Positions 46,912 through 57,170 of a DNA stretch of 64,000 bases are shown piece after piece; positions within the stretch are counted from its first letter, which is position 1, and every line of letters starts with the position of its first letter. The stretch is from Desulfurococcaceae archaeon (GTDB taxonomy: Archaea > Thermoproteota > Thermoprotei_A > Sulfolobales > Desulfurococcaceae), in contig JAPWUD010000004.1 in the NCBI GenBank assembly GCA_028275705.1, positions 22,001-86,000 on the forward strand. The letters are read 5' to 3'. The translations under genes and the position numbers were made by a program. The notes beneath the pieces are model-generated. The model had not been told where the DNA came from. It did not search any database and saw only the letters and a list, made by a program, of their open reading frames with translations.

Positions 46912-48342
46912 TTACTTCTTGCCGAAGATTTCATCATAGTATTCTCCTAGTAGTCCTCTACCTATTTTTTCAACACCCAACTCCTTGATTCTATTTCTGA
47001 CGTATACCAAGTATATTACAATACCAAGCAATACCCAGGCGATGAGGAGAACGTATTCGTAGGGCCACACGAGACTAATATCAGTACCAGGTATAAGTGG
47101 GGTTACCACCACTATTAATCCCACAATGAGAGCTATGGCGCCAGTGACGTATACTGCTGGAACGCTGAAAGGTCGTTTTAAATGTGGATACTTCCTTCTA
47201 CATATAATCATTGTTATAACCGCTGTTAACCAGCAAACACCCAGTGCAACACCGCCTATATCGAGAAACCACACAAGTCCCCTTCTACCAAGTAAACCTA
47301 GAATTAGTGATATTATGAGTGTAAATAACAATGCTCTAGTAGGTACACCGTATTTTGGATGAAGTTTTTCAAATTGCTTTGGGAATAGTCCACCTCTGGA
47401 GAGGGAATAAATCATCCTAGATACAGTCATCATAGCAGGTATCCACGATGTAACAAGCCCTAAGAACGACGCTAACCACGCTACAGATCCCAGGGCAGGG
47501 TGGATGCTTGCGAGTTCATCTATTAATCCACGTGGTGCTACTTGAGAAGAACCCTGCCAAGGTATTAACAATGAACCGCAGAACATCATTAACATGTACC
47601 AGCAACCCGCCAGTGCAGCGCTTAAAGCAACTAGGTATCCAAATCTACGTGGAGAGACCTTAGTCTCCTCTGCTATCATAGGCAGCATTTCAAAGCCTGA
47701 CAAATAACCTATACCCATTAGTGCAAATCTAAATGCCGCTGTTGCAGGAGGCATTTCTGGTTTAAATGGTGGTATGAAATTACTAAGTGAGCCACGTAGT
47801 GCTGCGACAATCACGATGATAACTCCGCATAGAACAAGCAATATGAATAAAGCTGTCTGAACATTACCAGTTAGTCTTGCCCCCATGTAGTTTAAAGCAA
47901 ATACTACTAGTGCCGATACATATCCAACAATTATCCATGGCAAGTAAACTGGGAAGCCGGCAACTTCATATAGGGGAATGGTGTTTAATTGGGGAAATAT
48001 CCAGCTGAGGAGGAAAGCAATACCTATGACGTAAAATGAGAGTGCAGCAGCCAGCATGCCGAGGAGGAACATCCATGCTATGAAGTATGAGCCGACCGGA
48101 CCTATTGCTGGATATACGAATGCTACTTCTCCACCCTCTCTCGGTATAGCTGATCCCATCTCCGAGTAAGCCAGTGCGATGAGCGAAGCCATTACCGTGG
48201 CTACAAAATACCCTAGAATTACTCCCCCAGGCCCATACATATCATAAAACGTCGTATTTAGATACACCCAGCTTGTCCCAATAATACCTGCTACTCCTAT
48301 AGCGAGAATGTGGTACCATTCAAGAACTCTTTTTAGAGACAT
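46912..48342 (-). CDS. Amino acid permease (APC superfamily)
   Basis: 476-aa, ~12-TM protein with an APC-type N-terminal pattern (GAGIIGTSWVY...SEMGSAIPREGG). Confidence 0.75.
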   Translation of the reverse strand: MSLKRVLEWYHILAIGVAGIIGTSWVYLNTTFYDMYGPGGVILGYFVATVMASLIALAYSEMGSAIPREGGEVAFVYPAIGPVGSYFIAWMFLLGMLAAALSFYVIGIAFLLSWIFPQLNTIPLYEVAGFPVYLPWIIVGYVSALVVFALNYMGARLTGNVQTALFILLVLCGVIIVIVAALRGSLSNFIPPFKPEMPPATAAFRFALMGIGYLSGFEMLPMIAEETKVSPRRFGYLVALSAALAGCWYMLMMFCGSLLIPWQGSSQVAPRGLIDELASIHPALGSVAWLASFLGLVTSWIPAMMTVSRMIYSLSRGGLFPKQFEKLHPKYGVPTRALLFTLIISLILGLLGRRGLVWFLDIGGVALGVCWLTAVITMIICRRKYPHLKRPFSVPAVYVTGAIALIVGLIVVVTPLIPGTDISLVWPYEYVLLIAWVLLGIVIYLVYVRNRIKELGVEKIGRGLLGEYYDEIFGKK

Positions 48343-48654
48343 ATTTGTCCCCTATATATTTTAAGAAGTATTATTTAAAAAGCTTCACATGCTTGTCTAA
48401 CGCTGAGTAAAGTAACTATTTGTTCAAGCATTGCCTGGTAAATTACTAATATGTACACTGGGCCTCTTTACCACTCCTATTCTCCCAAGTAGAGGTCCTT
48501 GTGCATTGAGAGAACACACTATAATCAAAATACTTTAAACTTTCAATTTGATTTATTTAATGGAGATAGCAAAGAACCTGCATTTTATCGGTATCTGTTA
48601 TCTTTTCTTCAATGATGCCCACTATTTAAAACAACACATTATATACAAGTACAT

Positions 48655-48975
48655 GGGGTTTGGGTTTCATCGGACTTGATGCTGCTTGGGATTAAGCCCT
48701 CTCCCCTTGGCTTCACAGCCCACAGGATCCCTTTCACCTGGATCCATGTCACAGGGCTCTGCCCGCTCGGGGCAACCCCGACCCATAGCTCCCCCTTCAC
48801 TGCTTCCTCCGGGTCATCGCTGTGGGGAAACCCCCGCATCTTGACTCTCCCCAAACCCGCCTCTCTTGGGTCTTCACGATACACCTGCATCTCGAGGTGG
48901 CTTCCCAATAGAGGAAGCATCAACAATCCTTATAAACCTATATGAAACTCGACGCGGTTGCGAAGGGCATTAGAG
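48655..48975 (+). repeat. G+C-rich structured repeat, full-length copy C
   Basis: Colinear with copy A. The small hairpin carries a double compensatory change (TGCCC-GCTCG-GGGCA at 48760-48774 versus CACCC-GCTCT-GGGTG in A). Confidence 0.7.
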
Positions 48976-49005
48976 AATAAAGAAATGAGATAAAAACCCT
49001 ATTTG

Positions 49006-50043
49006 TTATTCAAAGTTTGCCTTTAAAACTCTTATGACATTTTCATAGGCTATTTTGTTGATGTCTTTTTCAGAGAGACCTTTCTCGAGGAGTTTACTGT
49101 ATAGATGTGGTAGTTTATCAATGCTTTCAAAGCCTTCTGGTGCAGGTAAACCCAGTAATCCAAGGAAATCAGTACCAATGGCCATTACGTCGGCTCCATA
49201 TCTCTCATATACATATATAAAGTGCTGTATTAGGTCGTCTAGTGTTGGTTTTGGTTTACTCGATATTAATGGGCCAATAGCTGAGAAGCCTATTACACCT
49301 TTATTTTTGTGGAGCAATTCAAGGACGTCATCATCAACATTTCTAGCTTTATCCACTATTCTCCTTACATTTGCGTGGCTAATTATTACTGGTTTTTTAC
49401 TAACTTCTAGTACGTCTATTGCTGTTTTCTTACTGGCGTGAGCAACGTCAACCACTATTCCCAGCTTATTAGCTGTTTTAACTAGTTCCTCACCATCAGG
49501 TGTTAAACCCAAGTCTTTGCTAACTCCACACCCAGTTCCATACTTATTCATATAATTCCATGTTATACCTATACTTCTCAATCCAAGTTTCTTTAAGATA
49601 ACTAAGTCGTATGGTTCGTCAAGAGCCTCCGCTCCCTCTAAATGCAGTAGGAAACATAGCTCTTTCTTGTTTTTCAGGCAATTCTCTAGATCACCTGTGT
49701 TCTCCACTATTTTGATCCCATAAGTCTCGGCCATTTTGTAATATATCGATATATGCTCCCATAGTATTGACTGTGGGACTCTATATCTCGTAGCTGGCAA
49801 CCATTTACCATATAGATTCAGCAATGCCTTTGACTCCTCGGGGCCAAATGTCTCTATTCCTGGAAATATAGCTGCAAACACACACTTTATGTTTGCCCTT
49901 CTATATTTAGGAATATCGGCATCGCGTCCGGGGATATCCTCGCTAAAATCCCCTAGAGGAGCTCCACCTCCATGGTATAGGAAGTAGGCTGAGATATCTT
50001 CATGTAGATCTATTGAAGGGGGAAGATTAGCTAGTTTATTCAA
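49006..50043 (-). CDS. M19-family membrane dipeptidase-like metallopeptidase
   Basis: Motifs IDLHEDI (HxD), LHLEGAE, VDVAHAS, IISHANVR. 345 aa. Confidence 0.7.
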   Translation of the reverse strand: MNKLANLPPSIDLHEDISAYFLYHGGGAPLGDFSEDIPGRDADIPKYRRANIKCVFAAIFPGIETFGPEESKALLNLYGKWLPATRYRVPQSILWEHISIYYKMAETYGIKIVENTGDLENCLKNKKELCFLLHLEGAEALDEPYDLVILKKLGLRSIGITWNYMNKYGTGCGVSKDLGLTPDGEELVKTANKLGIVVDVAHASKKTAIDVLEVSKKPVIISHANVRRIVDKARNVDDDVLELLHKNKGVIGFSAIGPLISSKPKPTLDDLIQHFIYVYERYGADVMAIGTDFLGLLGLPAPEGFESIDKLPHLYSKLLEKGLSEKDINKIAYENVIRVLKANFE

Positions 50044-50370
50044 TGCCTACACCTCACAAAGTGTCTTTAGTATATCACCCCTATATAAATAGTCACTAAA
50101 AACTACCATTTACTCTTCCACATATATTGGTTTGGTGTTTTAATACTTCACGAGTTTGCAAGCTCCTCGTGAAGGGTATATTCTGGGTCTATGCTTGATC
50201 TCCTCTTAATAATGTGTTTATTCGTTAATAGTCTAGTGTCTTAAGTATGGTTAGCAAAGTACTATAAGAGTAAATAAAATCAACTATATTATTACTCGCG
50301 AAGATGGATTTTAAGTCCTTGCAGAAATGAGTGAGAAGGGGTTTAGTGCGATTGAAGGCGGTGTAATGAA

Positions 50371-50820
50371 GTGAGTATCGTCTTGCTCTCCATCAAGCCC
50401 AGGTTTGCTGAGGAGATCTTATCTGGGAATAAACGCTTTGAGCTTAGAGCGGGCTCGGGAATACCCTCGGGGGCTAGGGTGGTCCTGTATGTCTCTAGTC
50501 CTGTAAAGGCCATTATAGGTGAATTCACGGCTGGAAGAGTATTTACCGGTAGCTACGATTACGTGGTCAAGGTCGTGAGCAGAACTCCGTGTTCTGGTGT
50601 GAGCGAGGAAGACTATGGCTATATTAGGGGTAGAAAGAGAAAGGTCATGGCGATTGAAGTGCTTAATCCTATGAGGTATTGTAAGTATGTATCGCTCGGG
50701 GAGCTTAGATTGGTGGGGCTTAAAAACCCACCGAGGAGCTACCAATTCCTGCACCCCGAGAACCCAGTACATATGGCTGTACTCGAGCTCGTGGATAGAG
50801 CACGTGAGTGTAGACTCTAG
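50371..50820 (+). CDS. ASCH (PUA-like) domain protein
   Basis: N-terminus LLSIKPRFAEEILSGNKRFELR is characteristic of ASCH-domain proteins. 149 aa. Confidence 0.6.
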   Translation: MSIVLLSIKPRFAEEILSGNKRFELRAGSGIPSGARVVLYVSSPVKAIIGEFTAGRVFTGSYDYVVKVVSRTPCSGVSEEDYGYIRGRKRKVMAIEVLNPMRYCKYVSLGELRLVGLKNPPRSYQFLHPENPVHMAVLELVDRARECRL

Positions 50821-51134
50821 CGTTTACTTATCCTCTCGTATTGTGGATTCTTGAGTCGATAAATATGAAAATAAAGTTATACGAGCTGTTTTGTTTAATG
50901 GGTACTTTTAATAGTCCCTCTTGAAAACCATGGATATTTATGATTAATTCACGGGGTATTCACAGCTAAAGCGCTCTCTTTGAGGAGTTGTTAGTTGCTA
51001 GAAGATGGTTTTTAGTAGTAATCCCAAATAGTGGTTAAGATCACTTTAAGTAGATGCAGAAGTTACTTATTTAGGCATCATGATGAATTATAGCCTTTAT
51101 TTAATATAAGCGAAGAAGAGAATATTTTTTATGG

Positions 51135-52040
51135 GTGCTTTGCTTGAGCCTCGCCGAGTTTAAGGAGAAGATTTTACATTTGCTAAGAGAAGATGAAGAG
51201 TTTAGAATGGCTGTAGCTGGCTTAATTGGGCTTGATGCAATTTTAAGCGAGCTTAGGAAGCTGCGCGAGGACTTCAATAAATTCGTGGAGTTGCAGGAGA
51301 AGAGGTGGGAGGAGGAAGTCAAAAAATGGGAAGAGCAGGCTAAAAGATGGGAGGAGAATAATAAACGCTGGGAGGAGCAAGCCAAGAGATGGGAGGAGGA
51401 GGCTAGGAGGTGGGAGGAGAACAATAAGAGATGGGAGGAAAACAATAGAAGGTGGGAGGAGCAAGCCAAGTGGTGGGAAGAGCAGACTAAAAGGTGGGAA
51501 GAGAACAATAGAAGGTGGGAGGAGAATAATAGGAGATGGGAAGAGAATAACAAGAGATGGAAGGAGGCATACAAGAGATTTGAAGTCATTGAGAGGAAGC
51601 TATTAGAGCACGATAAGAGATTTGAGGCCATAGAGAAGACTCTATTAAATCACACTCTGGTATTAGAAGACCTTGTGAAGAGGGTTTCTAGACTTGAGCT
51701 CGAAGTTGGGGCTCTCTCAGAGATCACTCTAACGAGGTATGTCTGGGATGATTTAAGGGAAGAGTTTAAACTAAGAGGTGAAGAAGTCGTTGAGAGAGTG
51801 AGGAATGCGAGAGTGAATGGACACGAGGTAGATCTACTCGTTGAGACAAACAAGAACATCTACATTGTCGAGGTAAAAATTAAGCCGACGAGGAAACACG
51901 TAGATAGTCTCCTAAGGAAGTCCAAAGCTACAATGGAGAAGTATGGTAAACCAGTAGTCCCAATACTAGCTGGCACAATGATAGGAAACGATGTCGAGGA
52001 GTACGCGGAGAGCAAGAATATCAAGGTATACAAATACTAG
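51135..52040 (+). CDS. Coiled-coil protein with Trp-heptad repeat array and C-terminal PD-(D/E)XK-type (DUF1626-like) domain
   Basis: N-terminal EEFRMAVAGLIGLDAILSELRKLRE, 13 x (xxK/R-R-W-E-E) heptads, C-terminal GHEVDLLVETNKNIYIVEVKIK nuclease-like motif. GTG start. Confidence 0.7.
   Translation: MLCLSLAEFKEKILHLLREDEEFRMAVAGLIGLDAILSELRKLREDFNKFVELQEKRWEEEVKKWEEQAKRWEENNKRWEEQAKRWEEEARRWEENNKRWEENNRRWEEQAKWWEEQTKRWEENNRRWEENNRRWEENNKRWKEAYKRFEVIERKLLEHDKRFEAIEKTLLNHTLVLEDLVKRVSRLELEVGALSEITLTRYVWDDLREEFKLRGEEVVERVRNARVNGHEVDLLVETNKNIYIVEVKIKPTRKHVDSLLRKSKATMEKYGKPVVPILAGTMIGNDVEEYAESKNIKVYKY
51294..51566 (+). repeat. 13 tandem 21-bp coding repeats (heptad QAKRWEE / NNKRWEE variants)
   Basis: Read directly: QEKRWEE EVKKWEE QAKRWEE NNKRWEE QAKRWEE EARRWEE NNKRWEE NNRRWEE QAKWWEE QTKRWEE NNRRWEE NNRRWEE NNKRWKE, followed by 4 degenerate heptads. 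Confidence 0.9.
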
Positions 52041-52216
52041 TTGTCAATAGCGTTCTAACTCAAGCCCGGTTCCTGGAACAGCGATCTCGATTAGCCCGCC
52101 TCAATTGATTACCAATCTCAGCGTGCTAATTGACTCAGGTGGGTTTAAGGAGCCATCGTGTCTCTCACAGTTACTCATACATCACTCGCTTTTTCTCTAA
52201 TTCCACGAGTATTCAC

Positions 52217-53857
52217 CTAATCTCTCGTCTTGCTCGTTATAAGGAGCCTAGCCGAGTGCATTTTCATTATTTCCTTTGATGCTTCGATTATCTCTAATAT
52301 GTCTCTCTTCTCCTCCTCGCTTAACCCTCTCCGTAGTTTTAACTGCACTTTGAGCGCTGAGAAGGGTAGCATTGTTAAGTCCTTCAGGTACTTGAAGAAT
52401 TTGCCAATTACGAATTTCGTTGCATTTGCTAGATATAGATCCTTCTCGGTTCTTGGCTTCGAGAAGAGCGTGCGCTTAGATATGGCTTTCAGCGCTTTCT
52501 TCACGAAGAAGTAGTAGTTCGCCCACCTCTGCTTTAAGTAGAGTTTGTATGGTGGGATCTTCACTCTCATTACAGGGGTGAGGCAGTCGTATTGATCCCA
52601 GTTTAGAGTTAGGAGAGAGTTGTTCAAGGCTGCCCTATTAAAAGCATCCGTCCCAGGTAGTGGCGTGTAGATTGAGAACTGGGCCGAGTCCAGGCCATAC
52701 TCAATGAGCTCTACAGCGAACTTTATAGTTTTACTCATAGCCTCTTCATCCTCATAGGGTGCTCCAAGCATGAAGCCACCATGGACTATTATGCCATTAC
52801 TTGACAAGAGCTTTACCGCCTTAGTGGATTCACTTAGCTGAAGCCCCTTCCTCATGTTTTTAAGAGTCTCAGCGTCTCCGGACTCGATGCCTAGAAATGC
52901 AACTCGCACGCCTGCCTCATATAATAAGGGTGGAAGCCACTCATTTCTCGCCACAAAGTCTGCTCTAAGCTGGATTAGGAATCGAAGCTTGTTAAGTCCC
53001 TCGCTAATTATTCTACGTAGCATTTCTACTCTTTCATCAATAATCCTCTTTATTGGTACAATGAAGTTATCGTCTACAATAAACACCCATTTATATCCGA
53101 GCTCTAATACCCTCCGAAGCTCCGCCAATACTCTCTCAACACTCTTAAACCTCCACGTGGCACCCCACATCTTGGTTACAGAGCAGTACTCGCAGTTGTA
53201 GGGGCAGCCCCGCGAGGTCTCAACAGTTACTATGTTGCCATCTGGGTCTAAAACACGTAGTTTATAGATTTCTTTGTCAAATATCTCGAAAGCGGGCATT
53301 GGTAGTTCATCCAGGCTTTCCACGAGGTCCGGTAGCCCTGTTACGACAACGTTGTCTCTATCTCTATACGCTATACCCTTCACTCTCCTCCAATCGCCAC
53401 TTTCTTTAACCTCCTTGAGGAACTCTCCAAAAGAGATCTCGCCCTCGCTGAGAAAAACCACGTCAAATCCTCTTCTAAGCATGAGTGGGTATGTGAATGT
53501 TGCGTGATGACCGCCAGCAACTACAAAACTTGAAACTCTCTTAAGCTCACTAGCTAATTCTATCGATGGCTTAGCCAGTGTTGAAGCATTAACTATGAAG
53601 GCGGTAACGTCGGGGTCGTAATCAAGTATTTCACCCACGAAGTCCTCAAACAAGCTACCATTAGCCCTGGCATCAAAAAACCTTACATCGAAACCACTCT
53701 CTCTAGCAACACTAGCAAGGCTTGCGGCAGCGAGTGGAGGTAATACTATGCCAAAAGCCCCCTCATACCCGCTTTTCAAGGACTCTGCGTAAACAAGAGC
53801 TACTCTCGTGCCACGCCACCAGAAAACTAAGTAATCATGGGGAGGGTTATTATACAC
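52217..53857 (-). CDS. B12-binding-domain radical SAM protein
   Basis: N-terminal cobalamin-binding-like Rossmann region followed by the radical SAM motif ETSRGCPYNCEYCSV. 546 aa. Confidence 0.8.
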   Translation of the reverse strand: MYNNPPHDYLVFWWRGTRVALVYAESLKSGYEGAFGIVLPPLAAASLASVARESGFDVRFFDARANGSLFEDFVGEILDYDPDVTAFIVNASTLAKPSIELASELKRVSSFVVAGGHHATFTYPLMLRRGFDVVFLSEGEISFGEFLKEVKESGDWRRVKGIAYRDRDNVVVTGLPDLVESLDELPMPAFEIFDKEIYKLRVLDPDGNIVTVETSRGCPYNCEYCSVTKMWGATWRFKSVERVLAELRRVLELGYKWVFIVDDNFIVPIKRIIDERVEMLRRIISEGLNKLRFLIQLRADFVARNEWLPPLLYEAGVRVAFLGIESGDAETLKNMRKGLQLSESTKAVKLLSSNGIIVHGGFMLGAPYEDEEAMSKTIKFAVELIEYGLDSAQFSIYTPLPGTDAFNRAALNNSLLTLNWDQYDCLTPVMRVKIPPYKLYLKQRWANYYFFVKKALKAISKRTLFSKPRTEKDLYLANATKFVIGKFFKYLKDLTMLPFSALKVQLKLRRGLSEEEKRDILEIIEASKEIMKMHSARLLITSKTRD

Positions 53858-54601
53858 ATATAGCTAAGTTTCGAGGACAGTATGGAAGTGTAAAATATTA
53901 GCTGGGAATAAATGTATAGAGGTATGTTCGGGGAATAACGGGGTTGCTTAAAATAGGGGAGTAGTATAGAACCAAGCCTCTTATATTGGTTTCTACGGGT
54001 TTACGAGGCTTGAGATGAGTCCTGCTAAGCTAACGTCTTTCTGCGAGAGCTTTCAAGTGTAATTCATATGCAAGCCCTTAGTCTCCGGCCAGGTGTATGC
54101 GAGTGAGTTTGAGCAGTCTATTGGAATAGGTAACCTGTACTACTAGTGATTTTGGATAGAGCAGGCACTATTCTATCAATGCTCCAACCAGAAGGCTCGG
54201 CGACTTTTGTTTTCACAGCCAGCTCTAATGTGTTCAATCTAGGCTTGTAGAAGACCACATTTACTCAGTCAACGTATTCTCCATACGAGCTAATAATCCT
54301 CCTGATACAGCCTATTCCAGAGCAAATACTAGCGTCAGGCCGCATACTTGAATACTTCTTCGTGATCCTTTCCCCGCCCTCTATTTACACACTAATGTTG
54401 GTACCGCGAATACGTTATCGTGGTGTTCACAGCTATGGAGGTTCCATTGATAAATCCGTTAATGAACCGTGTACTCATTCCTTGATCTAGCCATCTTACC
54501 GATTTCTAGATGCATATATTTGATAAAAACACAGCTTCTTGTTTGAAACATAGGTAGTGCGGAAGAAATAAATTTATCATGCACACTACTATATAACTAG
54601 T

Positions 54602-55543
54602 GTGTTGTCCACAGGTATGGTGGTTTATTTGAGTAGACTCGTGTTCGTTGAGAGATCTCACGTTTTCTACGCGTTTGACCCGTATTTAAAGCCGGCTGCT
54701 ATTGCTGAGCCTGGTGATCTCGTTTTCTTCGAAACACAGGATTGTTTTGGAGGTCAGATTAAGAGCGAAGAGGACACTATTGAGAAAGTAGATTTCTCTA
54801 GAGTAAATCCCGCCACAGGGCCTCTCTATGTTGAGGGTGCAGAGCCTGGTGACGCTCTGGTAATGGATGTACTATCCATTGAGGTCTCGGAGAAAGGTTT
54901 TGTGGTTACTGCACCTGGTGCTGGGGTTCTTGGTGATAAAGTGAAAAAGTCTAAGACTAGAGTGTGTAGAGTCATTGGTGACTACGTTGAGTATGCAGGG
55001 TTGAAAATGCCGGCTTGGAGAATGATCGGTGTAATTGGTGTTGCAAGCGGCGAGAAGTCTCCAACTGGGACGCCTGGTAGACATGGTGGTAACCTAGACA
55101 CGAAGTTTATAACGACTGGGGCTAGAGTATACTTACCGGTCTTCTACGAGGGTGGTTTACTAGGCATTGGTGATTTACACGCAGTTATGGGGCATGGTGA
55201 AGTCTGTGTTGCAGCGTGTGAAGTATCAGGATCTGTGCTAGTGCGTGTAAACGTTTTAAAGAATACTGCACCAGCATGGCCTATAGTGGAGTACGGGGAT
55301 TCATTATACATCCTGGTATCAAAAGAAACCATTAGTGACTCTATATTAGAGGCCGCTGATATAGCCGTGAGCACTTTATCTAAGGCGCTTGGACTGGAGT
55401 GGATTGACGCCTACATGCTCACAAGTCTCGCAGTAGATGTTGGAATAAGCCAATTGGTAGACCCCAGGAAAACTGTTTGGATAAAAATTCCCAAGTATCT
55501 AGTCCCCATAGAGAAAATACTTAAAGCACTGGGAATTCAGTGA
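54602..55543 (+). CDS. Acetamidase/formamidase-family amidohydrolase
   Basis: Motifs FETQDCFGGQI, NPATGPLYVEGAEPGDAL and HGGNLDTK are typical of the FmdA/AmdA family. Confidence 0.75.
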   Translation: MLSTGMVVYLSRLVFVERSHVFYAFDPYLKPAAIAEPGDLVFFETQDCFGGQIKSEEDTIEKVDFSRVNPATGPLYVEGAEPGDALVMDVLSIEVSEKGFVVTAPGAGVLGDKVKKSKTRVCRVIGDYVEYAGLKMPAWRMIGVIGVASGEKSPTGTPGRHGGNLDTKFITTGARVYLPVFYEGGLLGIGDLHAVMGHGEVCVAACEVSGSVLVRVNVLKNTAPAWPIVEYGDSLYILVSKETISDSILEAADIAVSTLSKALGLEWIDAYMLTSLAVDVGISQLVDPRKTVWIKIPKYLVPIEKILKALGIQ

Positions 55544-55799
55544 ATTTGATAAAAACACGTATAGTGCTTACGCAGTACGTATGGGCTATAGTGTTGAGGG
55601 ATTATTGTGTTTTACTACTAGTGTGGCTCGCGCTCAAGCATTATAAGTGAGTACTTTTACGCGAGACTAACCACTAGGCTTTTAACACGATCATTATACG
55701 AAATTCCCGGTTTAAAAATATGCTACAAACTCGCTAAATAAGAACGCTAGAACTGCTGGTTCAGTATTTTATGCCATTAGCAATTAAGCTATTTCCACA

Positions 55800-57098
55800 C
55801 TACTTCTTCTCAAGCCTTATCCTGACGGCTTTATAGTGATTTGTAAGTCCCTCGCAAGTCGCAAATATCTGAACATACTTCGCAATACTTTCTAGTGCTT
55901 TGGGCTCTACCATGGCTATATCTATGAATTTGAGAAAGTCTAGGATGCTCAAACCACCCCTAAACTTAGCGTATCCACCAGTTGGTAGAACATGATTGGG
56001 TCCGAGAACGTAGTCTCCTAGTGGAACTGGTGTATACTTACCTATAAATATAGAGCCTGCATTTTTAATTTTAGATAATACACTGGGGATAACGTCTGGA
56101 GCAACGTGGATCTCTAAGTGCTCGGGTGCATATTCATCGACAAACTCTATGGCTTTATCCATGTCTTCGGCTACAATAACTGCTCCATACTCACTATATG
56201 CTTTCTCCACGATCTCTTTTCTCTCAATATTCTTTAAAAGCCTGCTCATTAATTCCGCAGTTTCCTTAGCTAGAGGTTCACTTGTAGTTACTAATACTGC
56301 TGAAGCGTATATATCGTGTTCTAGTTGTGATATCATGTCATAGGCTAAGTACTCGGGATCAGCTGTTTCGTCTGCGAGAATTAATATCTCGCTTGGACCA
56401 GCTATAAAGTCTATGTCAACGATTCCCGCATTTCTAACAATAGCCTTAGCTGCTGTAAACCATATACCACCAGGCCCTACAATCTTTTGGACTCTTGGAA
56501 CACTCTCAGTTCCATAAGCCATAGCTGCAACCGCATGTGCTCCACCAACTCGGTAAGCGTTTCTAACCCCTACGAGGTCTAATGTAGCGAGAACATAAGG
56601 GTTTACCATACCCTTTTCATTCGGGGGTGTTGTAACAACGATTTTTTCTACCCCGGCTTCCAGTGCGGGTAAAATAGTCATTAGAACAGTTGAAGGATAG
56701 GATGCTTTTCCACCCGGGATATATACACCAACACTCTCAATGGGCTTTACCAGTTGGCCAACATATATACCTTTACGTATTTCCTGAATCCAGGACTTTG
56801 GCTTTTGAAGCCTGTAAAACTCTTTAATATTACTTGAGGCGTATTCAACGGCTTCAATAAACTCCCTACTTACAACCTCATGGGCTTTTTCAAACTCCTC
56901 AGGGTGTATTTTAACATCTATTTCTAGATTGTAGATTTTCTTGTAAAACTCCACTATAGCCTTATCTCCTCTCGCTCTAACATCTTCAATAATCTTTTTA
57001 ACATCTGTTTCAATTCTTGAAATGTCTAACTGAGCTCTCTTTAGTATTTTATCTAGAACTGTCTTGTGGGCTTTGCTGAGATAAATAATATTTGACAT
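55800..57098 (-). CDS. hisD: Histidinol dehydrogenase family protein
   Basis: 432 aa. HisD-type motifs ([36 protein letters not shown]). No other his genes in the window. Confidence 0.8.
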   Translation of the reverse strand: MSNIIYLSKAHKTVLDKILKRAQLDISRIETDVKKIIEDVRARGDKAIVEFYKKIYNLEIDVKIHPEEFEKAHEVVSREFIEAVEYASSNIKEFYRLQKPKSWIQEIRKGIYVGQLVKPIESVGVYIPGGKASYPSTVLMTILPALEAGVEKIVVTTPPNEKGMVNPYVLATLDLVGVRNAYRVGGAHAVAAMAYGTESVPRVQKIVGPGGIWFTAAKAIVRNAGIVDIDFIAGPSEILILADETADPEYLAYDMISQLEHDIYASAVLVTTSEPLAKETAELMSRLLKNIERKEIVEKAYSEYGAVIVAEDMDKAIEFVDEYAPEHLEIHVAPDVIPSVLSKIKNAGSIFIGKYTPVPLGDYVLGPNHVLPTGGYAKFRGGLSILDFLKFIDIAMVEPKALESIAKYVQIFATCEGLTNHYKAVRIRLEKK

Positions 57099-57170
57099 GA
57101 AACCACCATAGATATATTTAAATAAAGCTTATAAATAACTCTTTATTATGAAAACATAAGGGATGGGAGC

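Noticed and set aside
51101-51631. 176-aa minus-strand ORF with SHLLLFSS repeats
   Set aside because: It is an antisense shadow of the 21-bp coding repeats. The plus-strand frame continues into conserved N- and C-terminal domains and has a paralog. The antisense frame is pure low complexity.
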